A stretch of DNA of 64,000 bases from TPA_inf: Saccharomyces. Lineage: Eukaryota. This document shows positions 22,979 through 34,722 of this stretch, one piece after another; the stretch's first letter is position 1, and each line of letters opens with the position of its first letter. A program made the position numbers and the translations under genes. The notes under the pieces are model-generated. The model did no database searches. It was not told the DNA's origin and was given only the letters and a program-made list of their open reading frames with translations. The stretch lies in assembly GCA_000146045.2 (NCBI GenBank), contig BK006939.2, positions 128,001 to 192,000 on the forward strand, written 5' to 3'.

Positions 22979-23986
22979 AATTGCCAGCTATAAAGAAGTG
23001 ACAGTGAACTTTTACTTGTTTCTTTTGTTTAACCACTAGTATGTAATTGTTTTTGCAGAATTTGAAACTTCACCAAAATCTTCTTAACGTTCAATGACAA
23101 AATTACTTACCCGAACTACCGAACTACGAAACATGAATAAATAAACTGGAGGCATAAACTCATTTCCAAATTCCCGGAATACATCGTGTAGTCAAGCAGC
23201 ATACATCACTATCAAAAATCATGCGCTTGTGATTATCGTATAGTGTATTTATATAATATATATAGATAGCGATAAATGGCAAGATCCTCTATGATAAAAG
23301 TCATCATAATGAAAACAGATGGCGCTTGTCTACTGTTTGCAAGGCTTGAAATCACAGGTTTTTATTATATCGTGGATTTTTGCCATTGCCTAAATCAAAA
23401 ATAATGATCGATTTTTTGTGAATTAGGGAACGGAAGGAAAAAATCAGCAAACAGTCAGCCCTAGCACCATAGGCCGACAGCAACAAAAACTGTTTTTTTA
23501 TTCTCAAATATTCATGATATTGATTACACCGTACTTCTTTTCAATGCGTAAACAACTAGAGTTGACAAATATTATAAACTAAAAACTATCATATTAATAA
23601 TATACCTCCTAGCACTTCGTAATGTTTCTGTCATTGAATGGCGAGAACATAATTTTAAAGAATCAACACCTTAAATTGTTAACCTTAACAAATGAAGTAA
23701 ATTCAAATATTTACTCTTGAATTCTTTTTGCTTTAACTAACACATTGAAATATCAAATTAGTCCACTTTTCTTCCTTGTTGAATGGGTTTCTTCATTAAC
23801 AGGGGAACGCTTGCCTACCATCAAGCCCATTCAATGCAGATGTGATTAATTGGTAAACAAAGGGCCAAGCAAAAATACATCTCTCCTACATGCTACATAA
23901 GTCCGAGATATGTTTTATTTAAGAACTATGAATCTGTAAATGACTGATTCAATATTAAACTAAAATTTCTATGAAACATCAAATTA

Positions 23987-24104
23987 ATCACGTGCTTTTT
24001 AAAAAATATAAATTTAATTTCATTTTCTATTTCAATATTTATTAAATAAAAAATTTGAAAAATATATAAAAATTGTAGCAGTATTAGATTTCCGAAAAGA
24101 AAAA
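23987..24104. other. CEN5: Point centromere CEN5: CDEI ATCACGTG (23987-23994), CDEII 84 bp and over 90% A+T (23995-24078), CDEIII containing the central CCG (24079-24104; ...GTATTAGATTTCCGAAAAGAAAAA)
   Basis: The three-element architecture and spacing are seen directly; CDEI matches RTCACRTG and CDEIII matches TGTnTnTGnnTTCCGAAnnnnAAAAA well. Confidence 0.9.
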
Positions 24105-25519
24105 AAGGTTTCAAGAAAAGGAAAAGAAAAACTAAACGTAGTATAAAGTCTTGTTTAGTGCAAGCCACTGTTGGCGTTTCAACTAAACTATTCCTTAAAA
24201 ATAAAGTACAATGTTACTGCTAAACAATGTTGAAGGTGAGCTTAAGACAGTAAATCAAGGAAATGCGGTATAATTCCTGCTGACAAAGCCGCACATAAAT
24301 AGCAGTTGTTAGCTATAAGGAGATTTTTAGCTACGAACATGGTTGTAATTCTCTTTATCCTGATTACCTTCAAGATTAAGAAAAAAACAACCATGGTAAC
24401 TACTTTGGCTCAAAGTCAAACAAAACTTTTACCATTTCACGGTACACGTTTCCGATAAAATATCACTAGCTATTCAATGTCTGTATTCATCGATAAGCCA
24501 GAGTACGACGTACAAAAAATAACGTAAATGCATATCCTGCATCAAGAAAGAACCCTTATGGACGAACAACGAAAGAGATCTAAATTTAGAAGACAGCAAG
24601 ACTAACCATTTGATAGCGTAGTAAGGCTTATCTAGAAATGTTGGACAGATAGGAAGAGAAAGTATAATAATGGTGTATGGTAGATGACTCTATAATCGTG
24701 GTCGGAACGTGCAATATATGAGAACGATGAATGCATATACATATGTCGCGACTCCTTTTTTTCCATTATAGCGGCATCGCTTTATTTCGCGTTTTAATTC
24801 ATTTTCTTTTTTCTTCATTTCTTTCTGCATATGCAAACGCGGCAAGAAGTGCCCACGGATCCGAAGAAAACCTAATACATTGAAGTTTCTCTCCCTGAGA
24901 TAGGAACTCTCTCTTCTGCGTCAGAAAAAAAAAAAAGTACTCTTTCTGCATATATTGCTCACTACTGACTCACTGATCCTTTTACGAATAGTTGGGCAAC
25001 ACCTATTAAGTTGTAAAACAATCGCGAAAAAAAAAAGAAAACAACCAAGGCATCCCACTTTTCGAACCCTGGCGCTCGGAAGACTTAATCATTGCGAGGT
25101 CTCAATTGGCCGGACCGCCACCATGCAGAAAAATGGTGGAAAGTGCGTGCGCGTTTCTCGTGCCACGTGCTTTTAACCTAAATAGGATACAAACTATCGG
25201 CTTATCTTTAGACACGCTCTCGCAGAACGATGAGCTACTGACATTTTGAGTTGATATTCAACCTTTTAAGGTATCTCAGAATGAGGCTCCGGCGCCACCG
25301 CAAAGTCTACCTTTTCTTCTTTAAGCCTTGAGTTTCTTCTTTTGCGAAAACGTTGCAATGTATTAGGCAAGATTATATTAAGGAGGTATTATAAAAAGGA
25401 CTCATAAGTGAAATAAATAATATTCGTAATGCTAAATGTCCTGGTCTTGCTTCGTACTCTCGAAAAACGTAATCTTGCGGTATTTAACGCTAGTTTAAGA
25501 AAGTGTTACTGTGTATTAA

Positions 25520-27808
25520 ATGTTGGCACTCCGGAGATTTATATTAAACCAAAGGTCTTTGAGATCGTGTACCATACCGATTCTAGTCGGAGCCTTGATC
25601 ATTATTCTCGTGCTATTCCAACTAGTTACCCACCGAAATGATGCGCTTATACGATCAAGCAATGTAAACAGTACAAACAAGAAAACATTGAAAGATGCAG
25701 ATCCTAAGGTTCTTATTGAAGCCTTCGGCTCTCCTGAGGTCGACCCAGTGGATACAATTCCAGTATCGCCACTAGAATTAGTTCCATTTTATGACCAGTC
25801 TATAGATACTAAAAGGAGTTCTAGTTGGCTAATCAATAAGAAGGGCTATTATAAGCATTTCAACGAATTAAGCTTAACTGATAGATGTAAATTTTATTTC
25901 CGGACACTGTATACGCTAGACGATGAATGGACTAATAGTGTGAAGAAACTGGAGTACAGCATAAATGATAATGAAGGAGTTGACGAAGGTAAAGATGCGA
26001 ATGGAAATCCAATGGATGAGAAATCCGAGAGATTGTATCGCCGGAAATATGATATGTTCCAGGCATTTGAGAGAATAAGAGCCTATGATAGATGTTTTAT
26101 GCAGGCCAATCCAGTTAATATTCAAGAAATTTTTCCGAAAAGTGATAAGATGTCGAAAGAGAGGGTTCAATCAAAATTAATCAAAACCTTAAATGCTACT
26201 TTCCCTAATTATGATCCAGACAATTTTAAGAAATACGATCAATTCGAATTCGAGCACAAAATGTTTCCGTTTATAAATAACTTTACCACAGAGACTTTTC
26301 ATGAGATGGTTCCAAAAATCACATCACCTTTTGGAAAAGTATTAGAGCAAGGCTTCTTACCCAAGTTCGATCATAAAACTGGTAAAGTGCAGGAGTATTT
26401 CAAATATGAATACGATCCATCAAAAACCTTCTGGGCCAATTGGAGGGATATGAGCGCCAAAGTAGCCGGTCGTGGTATTGTATTGAGTTTAGGTTCCAAC
26501 CAATTTCCATTAGCTGTCAAATTTATTGCTTCTTTGAGATTTGAAGGGAATACTTTACCGATCCAAGTGGTCTATAGAGGCGATGAGCTGTCGCAAGAAC
26601 TAGTGGACAAACTTATATATGCTGCTAGAAGTCCTGATTTCAAACCAGTAGAAAATAATTACGATAATTCTACCAATGTTCCACAAGAAATTTGGTTCCT
26701 AGATGTTTCTAATACCATCCACCCTAAGTGGCGAGGTGACTTCGGTAGTTATAAAAGTAAATGGCTAGTGGTTCTACTCAATCTTTTGCAAGAATTTGTC
26801 TTTTTAGATATTGATGCTATTAGTTATGAAAAAATTGATAACTACTTCAAGACCACTGAATACCAGAAGACAGGAACTGTATTTTACAGGGAAAGGGCGC
26901 TAAGAGAAAACGTGAATGAAAGATGTATTGCTAGATATGAAACTCTATTGCCTAGAAACCTTGAATCTAAAAATTTCCAAAACTCACTTCTTATCGATCC
27001 TGATCATGCTCTCAACGAATGTGACAATACTTTAACTACAGAAGAGTACATATTCAAAGCTTTTTTTCATCATAGAAGGCAGCACCAGTTAGAAGCTGGT
27101 TTATTTGCTGTCGACAAATCAAAACACACGATCCCCCTAGTGCTTGCTGCTATGATTCATTTGGCCAAAAATACAGCCCACTGCACACATGGTGATAAAG
27201 AGAATTTCTGGTTAGGGTTCTTGGCCGCAGGTCACACTTATGCACTGCAGGGAGTGTATTCCGGAGCTATTGGTGATTATGTAAAGAAAACCGACTTGAA
27301 CGGAAAGAGGCAAGAAGCTGCAGTCGAAATATGTTCCGGGCAAATAGCACATATGTCTACTGATAAGAAAACTTTACTTTGGGTTAACGGTGGAGGTACC
27401 TTTTGTAAACACGATAATGCTGCTAAAGATGATTGGAAAAAAGATGGCGACTTTAAGAAATTCAAAGATCAATTCAAGACTTTTGAAGAAATGGAAAAAT
27501 ATTATTACATAACTCCAATCAGCAGCAAATATGTCATCTTACCTGATCCAAAATCTGATGATTGGCATAGGGCCTCTGCAGGTGCTTGTGGTGGTTATAT
27601 ATGGTGTGCCACACATAAAACCCTCCTAAAGCCATATAGTTATAACCACAGAACCACTCACGGCGAATTAATAACTCTAGATGAGGAGCAGCGCCTACAT
27701 ATTGATGCTGTCAACACTGTTTGGTCACATGCTAATAAAGATAACACCAGATCATTCACTGAAGAAGAGATCAAGGAATTAGAAAATTCTAGACACGAAC
27801 AAAGCTAG
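25520..27808 (+). CDS. MNN1: Golgi alpha-1,3-mannosyltransferase, type II membrane protein, 762 aa
   Basis: N-terminal signal-anchor (CTIPILVGALIIILVLFQLV), large lumenal catalytic domain; matches Mnn1. Confidence 0.95.
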   Translation: MLALRRFILNQRSLRSCTIPILVGALIIILVLFQLVTHRNDALIRSSNVNSTNKKTLKDADPKVLIEAFGSPEVDPVDTIPVSPLELVPFYDQSIDTKRSSSWLINKKGYYKHFNELSLTDRCKFYFRTLYTLDDEWTNSVKKLEYSINDNEGVDEGKDANGNPMDEKSERLYRRKYDMFQAFERIRAYDRCFMQANPVNIQEIFPKSDKMSKERVQSKLIKTLNATFPNYDPDNFKKYDQFEFEHKMFPFINNFTTETFHEMVPKITSPFGKVLEQGFLPKFDHKTGKVQEYFKYEYDPSKTFWANWRDMSAKVAGRGIVLSLGSNQFPLAVKFIASLRFEGNTLPIQVVYRGDELSQELVDKLIYAARSPDFKPVENNYDNSTNVPQEIWFLDVSNTIHPKWRGDFGSYKSKWLVVLLNLLQEFVFLDIDAISYEKIDNYFKTTEYQKTGTVFYRERALRENVNERCIARYETLLPRNLESKNFQNSLLIDPDHALNECDNTLTTEEYIFKAFFHHRRQHQLEAGLFAVDKSKHTIPLVLAAMIHLAKNTAHCTHGDKENFWLGFLAAGHTYALQGVYSGAIGDYVKKTDLNGKRQEAAVEICSGQIAHMSTDKKTLLWVNGGGTFCKHDNAAKDDWKKDGDFKKFKDQFKTFEEMEKYYYITPISSKYVILPDPKSDDWHRASAGACGGYIWCATHKTLLKPYSYNHRTTHGELITLDEEQRLHIDAVNTVWSHANKDNTRSFTEEEIKELENSRHEQS

Positions 27809-28695
27809 AATGCATTAACCAGTGTTTTTTCTAACTGTTTATGGTACTAGCCTTTGTGAACATGTATAGTAAAGCATATCGGACGTAGTTTTTTAAGAAC
27901 CTTGTTTATTACACTTTGACGGTTAGGAGTTTTATTGGAATTACCTCACTTTGCACATAAACCTCTAGAAAAGAAGGTAATACACAATGCTTTCGATCGA
28001 TTTGATAAATAATAGTAATTCATATTGGCATAATGCTACATATACGTATATATATTTTTTTTACTCTTTTAATAATCAAATTAACTTAATAATTGTTGAG
28101 AATCTGGTGAAGGTTTTCTTTTTCTTTTATTTTTTATTCTTTTTTTTCAGGCAAGTTTTATATTTCTCTTATTCAGAAAGTCTACGTCAAAGAGTCATTG
28201 AAAGCTTTTATCTTAGATAAAACTATTGGGCTTCCAACAGCATAAAAAGGCCGCTTAAGTACCTGTGATAATAGGTACTAATTATAATCGTAATGTTTAC
28301 CTGATATTACTTTCTAGTGTAAATAACTGTGCAGTAATCTTTTGGGTAATTTCTTTTCATATTTAACTAGTGCACATACTCGCATTATGACCATTGTATG
28401 CGTTCAATACTAAGGGACAATAAAACAAGCATTATACTATATGTTGTATTGCTTCCAATGATTGAAAAAGCAACAGTTACCGCTACAAAGGGTACTATTT
28501 ACTCAAATCTATAAAAGAAACCAAGCCATATATTTGAGATAAGCGGCTTGATTAGCTCTACTTTATATTCAATAGCGTGCTGGGTAAAATTCTATTTGTT
28601 ATTTTATTGGTTTAAACGTTACCCGAACAGAACACTTTTATGTAAATTTTTTTTTATCGACACTTTTTTTCAGAATGGAATAAAAAGAAAAATAG

Positions 28696-28703
28696 GCGAT
28701 GAG
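28696..28703 (+). promoter_or_regulatory. PAC element (GCGATGAG) 107 bp upstream of NOP16; an A/T-rich RRPE-like run (AAATTTTTTTTT) is nearby at about 28645
   Basis: Exact PAC octamer; PAC/RRPE are the ribosome-biogenesis regulon motifs (established), and NOP16 is a ribosome biogenesis gene. Confidence 0.5.
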
Positions 28704-28802
28704 ATAAATTTATAACAGTCGTCAATTCTCAAAAAAGCAGAGTTCAAGATATTGAGTTTAATATCAAACTGCAAATACACTAAGTAAAAAAAGTTGCATA
28801 CA

Positions 28803-29498
28803 ATGACATCCGTTAGAAAAAGAAAGATGAACAGATCTTCTGTTGGGAAAGCAACCAGGAGAAACAAAGACAAACAAAGAAAGATTAACATCCAGTCTAA
28901 TCCGATTATTGCAGCAAATTGGGACTATTCACTGACAATGGCACAAAACTATAAGAAATTAGGGCTAAGGGCTAAATTACAAACACCAGCAGGAGGCAAA
29001 GAGGCCGATTTAAGTAAAGTAGTTAAAAGAATTCCATTAACGAAGCCTGTGTTGGATGAAGATGAAGATGAAGATGAAGGTGAGGACGAGCAAAATGATT
29101 ATAATGCGGCTACCGTGGAGCTCGATGAAAATGAGATACCAGAAGGTGGGGCAAGGATACAGCGTGATAAGAATGGTGATGTTGTAAGAGTTGTTTACGG
29201 TAAGAAAAAGAACTTTGATGCTGATGAGGATGTTAACGAAATAAAAGCTAGGGATACTACCGAGGAGACCGAAGTGGTTAAGAAATTAGAAGAACTTGCG
29301 TCTAGACCAGTTATCAGAAAGGAACGTAGCCAAAGTGAAAGGGAAGAAGAATGGTTGGAAAAATTATATAAGAAACACGGTGATGATTATAAAAAAATGT
29401 TTTTCGATAAGAAGCTGAACATCTACCAGCAATCTGAGGGTGACTTGAAAAGAAGGTTATTAAGGTGGAAAAAAAGAAACGGTATTGCATCAAAATAA
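28803..29498 (+). CDS. NOP16: Nucleolar 60S biogenesis protein Nop16, 231 aa. The track ORF starts at an upstream TTG
   Basis: Highly basic/acidic nucleolar-type protein [27 protein letters not shown]...; ATG at 28803. Confidence 0.85.
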
Positions 29499-29735
29499 AC
29501 CAATGGCAACTACCAATTGATTACCACGTAATATTTATATATGTATCTATATATGTTTTTATGCATCAATATCAAGTGTTTTAGAGAACAGCAAATTATG
29601 TTTGATATTTCCATTCCACTATATTATAGAACGTGAGAAGCAAATAGAAAACTGTGAAATAAAGTAGACTTCAAATAAATAAGTATAATATTTTCTCTAT
29701 TATAGATATAAGAAAATTAAGAAATAGAAAGAAAG

Positions 29736-31118
29736 CTAATTTGGTTCCACAAAGGCTCTATAGGTAGTAAACGCCTCATCTTCAGCTTCCAAATCAACAG
29801 GCAAATGTGGAGCGATGAAAAAGACAAAACCGGGTTCAGCTTTCAATTTTTGGCCATCTGCTTTAATGTAACCATTACCTTTTGTAGTGATTAAGATACT
29901 TGGACCATCAACACCTTCAAAATGCCTTTGACCAAGTTTCTCATCAAAAGTAGTCTCCAATACAGCAAATTCTTCGATTGGAGGGTTATATAAAACTGAC
30001 TTACCGTTACCAGAGGACCTGTCGAACTTTAAAGGCTGCATTTTTTGCTTTTCCACAGGATCATATGTATAGGTTAACATGGAGACCAAGTTTTTAACAT
30101 CCTTGAATTTTGGAGTGAAGCCTGCTCTAACTACGTTGTCAGAAGCAGCCATACATTCCATAATATCACCGCTTATATAGGCGTGAGGATCCTTAGCTCT
30201 TAAAAAGATGGCTTCACCAGCATTCAATCTGCAGTGATTCAACAATAAACATCCACAAAACAAACCCACGTCATCAGGGAACTGTTTATTCAGTCTTTGA
30301 ATTAATTCTGGTAAATCAGGTTTGTTAAAGTCTGATGGAGAATTCTTTGATCTTTCGACCAAGGAGCGAGCTTGAATCTTGATTTTGTCATCCGAAGCGT
30401 TCATGACCCTGCTGAAAACAGCTTGCAATAGCTTTTTGTTTTGCTCATCTTCTGGGGAACCTTTCTGAGCAGAAGGTTGAATGTTCTCAATAAAATTCCT
30501 GGAAGTTTCTTCACCAACAATGTTGCGTAATTCAGGAATACGTTTCAATTCATCTGCAATCTCTTGCAAAGGTTTGAACCCGCAGAAACCTTCAAAGTCA
30601 GTCACAGCGATGGCCATTTCAGGTTTGTGATTATCATCAGGATAGTTCTTAGGATCTTGAGCGTGCAATATTTTACCCAAGGCTTTGTCGGGATGTGCTT
30701 GAATAGACAAGACTTTTTCAATGGACAAAACTTTGAAAAGGAAGGGCAATTCATTTGTGGCGTGGAACTTATCAATAATGTCCTTACCTAACATGGCAGA
30801 GGGGTTCTTGGAGATGATATCTCTCAGGGATTCCTTAGACTCATGGTTGTAGGAAGGCATCTTGCTGTGGGTACCCATCCATAACTCTGCATATGGTTTA
30901 TCTTGTTCAATTTGAACAGAGGGGTCAGAATGGGCAGCAAATTGAGCGACAGCTGAAGAAGAGCCGATTTTACCCCAGTCGTATTGTTGGTAGCCTACAT
31001 AGAGTCGTACGCGTTAGTTAGTGTACCAAAAAAAAAAAAAAAAAATACTCAAAGTATTCAAAATATTTGACGAAAAATGGCACATACCTGCATCTAACCT
31101 GAACAGCTTGTTGGACAT
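29736..31118 (-). CDS. PMI40: Mannose-6-phosphate isomerase, spliced: complement(join(29736..30994,31088..31118)), 429 aa. The track ORF lacks exon 1
   Basis: Exon 1 ATGTCCAACAAGCTGTTCAGGTTAGATGCAG then GTATGT; AACTAAC branch; 3' splice site tag; exon 2 continues GYQQYDWGKIGSSSAVAQFAAHSDPSVQIEQDKPYAELWMGTHSKMPSY.... Total 1290 nt. Confidence 0.85.
30995..31087 (-). other. PMI40 intron (93 nt): GUAUGU ... AACUAAC ... UAG
   Basis: See PMI40. Confidence 0.8.
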
Positions 31119-31579
31119 GTTTTAAAATTTTCTGGTCTGATGTTCTTTACGTGTTTAGTGTTGAATGATTACAAGAAACAAACATTTTATACAGAAATAT
31201 ACTAAGATTGCGACGTGTATATTTAAATACGTAAATCGCGGCGAAAAAGGACACGGACGCGACAAAAAATTGCTACAATAACCAAGCAGCACGAAATGGA
31301 TAGTGCACCACGAGACTTGGCATGATCAAAGTGCAAAAGAAAGCAGAATAACAAATTACTCCCGCAAAGTACTAGCTATATCAGGGAACGACTTTATTGG
31401 CATCTTGTTGTAGCAAGGTTTTCATGATTCTCATCCTTGCGCTTGTCGCGCGGCACGATGCCAGTGCGGAGTTTCCGCGATATGATGTAACTGCAGCTGT
31501 TGGTGGCGAACTTTGCATAAGATCGACCTCCTACTGATGAGAAAGATAGGATGGATTATATAGAAGAGCACAAGCAACG

Positions 31580-32275
31580 ATGAATGGGTTGGTATTAGGC
31601 GCTACAGGTTTATGCGGAGGCGGGTTTCTGAGGCACGCACAGGAGGCACCCCAGTTCTCTAAGGTATACGCGATCTTGAGAAGGGAATTGCCCTTTCCGG
31701 CCACTGATAAAGTTGTGGCCATAGTAGAAAGGGATAATTCAAAGTGGTCACAATTGATCACCAATGAAATGAATCCGCAGGTGCTATTCACCGCACTGGC
31801 AACGACAAGGGCAGCTGCAGGCGGTTTGGACAAGCAATACAAGATCGATCATGATTTAAACTTACAATTGGCCCAGGCTGCCAAGGAAAAAGGATGTGAA
31901 ACGATCGTTCTCGTTTCTTCCGCTGGTGCTCATCCGGACTCCAGGTTCGGCTACATGAAGATGAAGGGCGAGATTGAACGCGATGTTATCGCTCTTGATT
32001 TTAAGCACATTATAATTTTGCGCCCAGGCCCTCTCCTTGGTGAACGGACAAATTCTAAACAAAGCGGATTTGGCGGCAATCTGACTGCTGCTTTGGGCAC
32101 TCGCGTGTACCGTTCTAGATTCCAGAGGTTGCTAGGCTATCCAGTTTATGGCGATGAGGTAGGAAAAGTTGGTGTTCATTTGGCGTTGAATACTTCTGGG
32201 AAAGACAAGGTTCAGTTTGTCTCCAGCAAGGACATTCTTGACATCTCAGCTTCTCTGGAGAAGATTGCTACCTAA
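31580..32275 (+). CDS. FMP52: Mitochondrial outer-membrane NAD(P)-binding Rossmann-fold protein, 231 aa
   Basis: N-terminal GATGLCGG nucleotide-binding motif; size and position fit YER004W. Confidence 0.85.
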   Translation: MNGLVLGATGLCGGGFLRHAQEAPQFSKVYAILRRELPFPATDKVVAIVERDNSKWSQLITNEMNPQVLFTALATTRAAAGGLDKQYKIDHDLNLQLAQAAKEKGCETIVLVSSAGAHPDSRFGYMKMKGEIERDVIALDFKHIIILRPGPLLGERTNSKQSGFGGNLTAALGTRVYRSRFQRLLGYPVYGDEVGKVGVHLALNTSGKDKVQFVSSKDILDISASLEKIAT

Positions 32276-32549
32276 ATCAACCAACGGCTTCTTCTCGCAG
32301 CTACAGTTGTATTTTACTGTGACGTACTTTTGCGCGCGTACGGGTTCAATGAATTACGGATTTTCAACAACTTCACACAATCATAGCTTTTTTTACTTTT
32401 TCGCCTCATTATTTTCTTTAAAGAAACGATGATAAACAGAGATTTATCGTCATGTTATTTCGTTCGTATATATCGTATTTGCGTTTTAGCTGTATAAAGT
32501 AAAATACTATATCTAACGTGGCTTTTTTTATTTCCCCGTCTGCCCTCTT

Positions 32550-34442
32550 ATGCTCATAGAAAACACTAATGATCGGTTTGGTATCGTCATAGATGCAGGG
32601 TCTTCGGGTTCGAGAATCCATGTGTTTAAGTGGCAGGACACGGAATCGCTTCTTCATGCAACAAACCAGGACTCACAGTCCATATTACAATCAGTACCTC
32701 ATATTCATCAAGAAAAAGACTGGACTTTTAAGCTGAATCCAGGCTTGTCGAGTTTTGAAAAAAAACCTCAAGATGCGTACAAATCTCACATCAAGCCGTT
32801 ACTAGATTTTGCTAAGAATATTATCCCTGAATCACATTGGTCGAGTTGTCCCGTTTTTATTCAAGCAACCGCGGGCATGCGCCTTTTACCTCAAGACATA
32901 CAATCTTCCATTTTGGATGGTTTGTGTCAGGGGCTCAAACACCCTGCAGAATTTTTGGTTGAGGATTGCTCAGCACAAATTCAAGTCATTGATGGTGAAA
33001 CCGAAGGTTTATATGGCTGGCTTGGCTTAAACTATCTATATGGACACTTTAATGACTATAATCCAGAGGTCTCTGACCATTTTACATTTGGGTTTATGGA
33101 CATGGGCGGTGCCTCTACTCAGATTGCGTTTGCACCGCATGATTCAGGAGAAATAGCTAGACATAGAGATGACATCGCCACCATCTTCTTGAGGAGTGTT
33201 AACGGAGATTTGCAGAAATGGGACGTTTTTGTTAGTACGTGGTTAGGGTTTGGTGCCAATCAGGCTAGAAGAAGGTACTTGGCTCAGTTGATCAATACCC
33301 TTCCAGAAAACACAAATGATTACGAAAATGATGACTTCTCTACAAGGAACTTGAATGATCCATGTATGCCGCGAGGAAGCAGCACGGATTTTGAATTTAA
33401 AGATACCATATTTCACATCGCGGGTTCTGGGAATTACGAACAATGTACAAAATCTATTTATCCGTTACTTTTAAAGAACATGCCTTGTGATGACGAGCCG
33501 TGCTTGTTTAATGGTGTTCATGCTCCTCGAATAGACTTTGCCAATGACAAATTTATAGGTACTTCTGAGTACTGGTACACTGCCAACGACGTATTCAAAC
33601 TTGGGGGCGAATACAACTTTGACAAATTTAGCAAAAGCCTAAGGGAGTTTTGCAATTCCAATTGGACGCAAATATTAGCGAACAGTGATAAAGGCGTGTA
33701 TAATTCTATTCCGGAGAATTTTTTGAAAGATGCATGCTTTAAGGGCAATTGGGTCCTTAATATACTTCATGAAGGGTTTGATATGCCTCGAATAGATGTC
33801 GACGCAGAAAATGTCAATGACAGGCCCTTATTTCAAAGTGTGGAAAAAGTCGAAGAACGAGAGTTATCGTGGACACTAGGCAGAATTTTACTTTATGCCT
33901 CAGGTAGCATATTGGCAGGTAATGATGACTTCATGGTGGGTATTGCGCCCAGTGAAAGAAGAACTAAGCTCACTGGTAAGAAATTCATACCTGGCAAGTT
34001 ACTGGAGTCTGATCAACTACGCAAGCAAAGTTCCAGCCTTTCTAATAAAGGATTTTTGATGTGGTTCGCAATTATTTGTTGCATATTTTACTTGATCTTT
34101 CATAGGTCACACATAATCAGAAGACGTTTTTCCGGTCTGTACAACATTACCAAGGACTTTAAGACAGGCATAAGGAGAAGGTTGAAATTTCTAAGGAGAT
34201 CAGATCCATTTTCCAGATTGGAGGAAGGTGAACTTGGAACAGACGTAGATGGCTTCAAAGATGTGTACAGGATGAAGAGTAGCAGTATGTTTGATCTTGG
34301 TAAGAGTTCAGCCACAATGCAAAGGGAGCACGAACCACAAAGGACAGCAAGTCAGTCCGCTAATCTCGCTCCGTCAAACTTACGACCTGCGTTTTCTATG
34401 GCTGATTTTTCCAAATTTAAGGACAGTAGGCTATATGATTGA
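32550..34442 (+). CDS. YND1: Golgi apyrase (GDA1/CD39 NTPase family), 630 aa, with C-terminal TM
   Basis: Apyrase conserved regions (VIDAGSSGSRIHVF, ATAGMRLL, DMGGASTQIAF), C-terminal TM FLMWFAIICCIFYLIF. Confidence 0.9.
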   Translation: MLIENTNDRFGIVIDAGSSGSRIHVFKWQDTESLLHATNQDSQSILQSVPHIHQEKDWTFKLNPGLSSFEKKPQDAYKSHIKPLLDFAKNIIPESHWSSCPVFIQATAGMRLLPQDIQSSILDGLCQGLKHPAEFLVEDCSAQIQVIDGETEGLYGWLGLNYLYGHFNDYNPEVSDHFTFGFMDMGGASTQIAFAPHDSGEIARHRDDIATIFLRSVNGDLQKWDVFVSTWLGFGANQARRRYLAQLINTLPENTNDYENDDFSTRNLNDPCMPRGSSTDFEFKDTIFHIAGSGNYEQCTKSIYPLLLKNMPCDDEPCLFNGVHAPRIDFANDKFIGTSEYWYTANDVFKLGGEYNFDKFSKSLREFCNSNWTQILANSDKGVYNSIPENFLKDACFKGNWVLNILHEGFDMPRIDVDAENVNDRPLFQSVEKVEERELSWTLGRILLYASGSILAGNDDFMVGIAPSERRTKLTGKKFIPGKLLESDQLRKQSSSLSNKGFLMWFAIICCIFYLIFHRSHIIRRRFSGLYNITKDFKTGIRRRLKFLRRSDPFSRLEEGELGTDVDGFKDVYRMKSSSMFDLGKSSATMQREHEPQRTASQSANLAPSNLRPAFSMADFSKFKDSRLYD

Positions 34443-34617
34443 ATGTGGTGGTGTATGTGCCATAAATAGAAGCGCATATACTTCTCACATAAATATATGT
34501 ATATATCTAGTGAGGTGCCATAGTATTGCATTAACAGTGATTCACGTCACTCTAAACGTCGCTTCTGTTTTTTTTTTGAAATTTTTTTCTCACAGCTGCT
34601 GAAAATTTTCGAGCGAG

Positions 34618-34625
34618 GCGATGAG
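34618..34625 (+). promoter_or_regulatory. PAC element (GCGATGAG, with an overlapping second GATGAG) 98 bp upstream of NUG1, adjacent to an RRPE-like TGAAAATTTTCG at 34600-34611
   Basis: Exact octamer plus neighbouring RRPE-like motif; NUG1 is a ribosome biogenesis GTPase. Confidence 0.55.
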
Positions 34626-34722
34626 ATGAGCTAATTATATCAAGAGGGAATTGTACTAGTAATACTTTGGTACACACAAGAACAAGCATATAGGTATACA
34701 GTCACGACTATAATATCATAAA

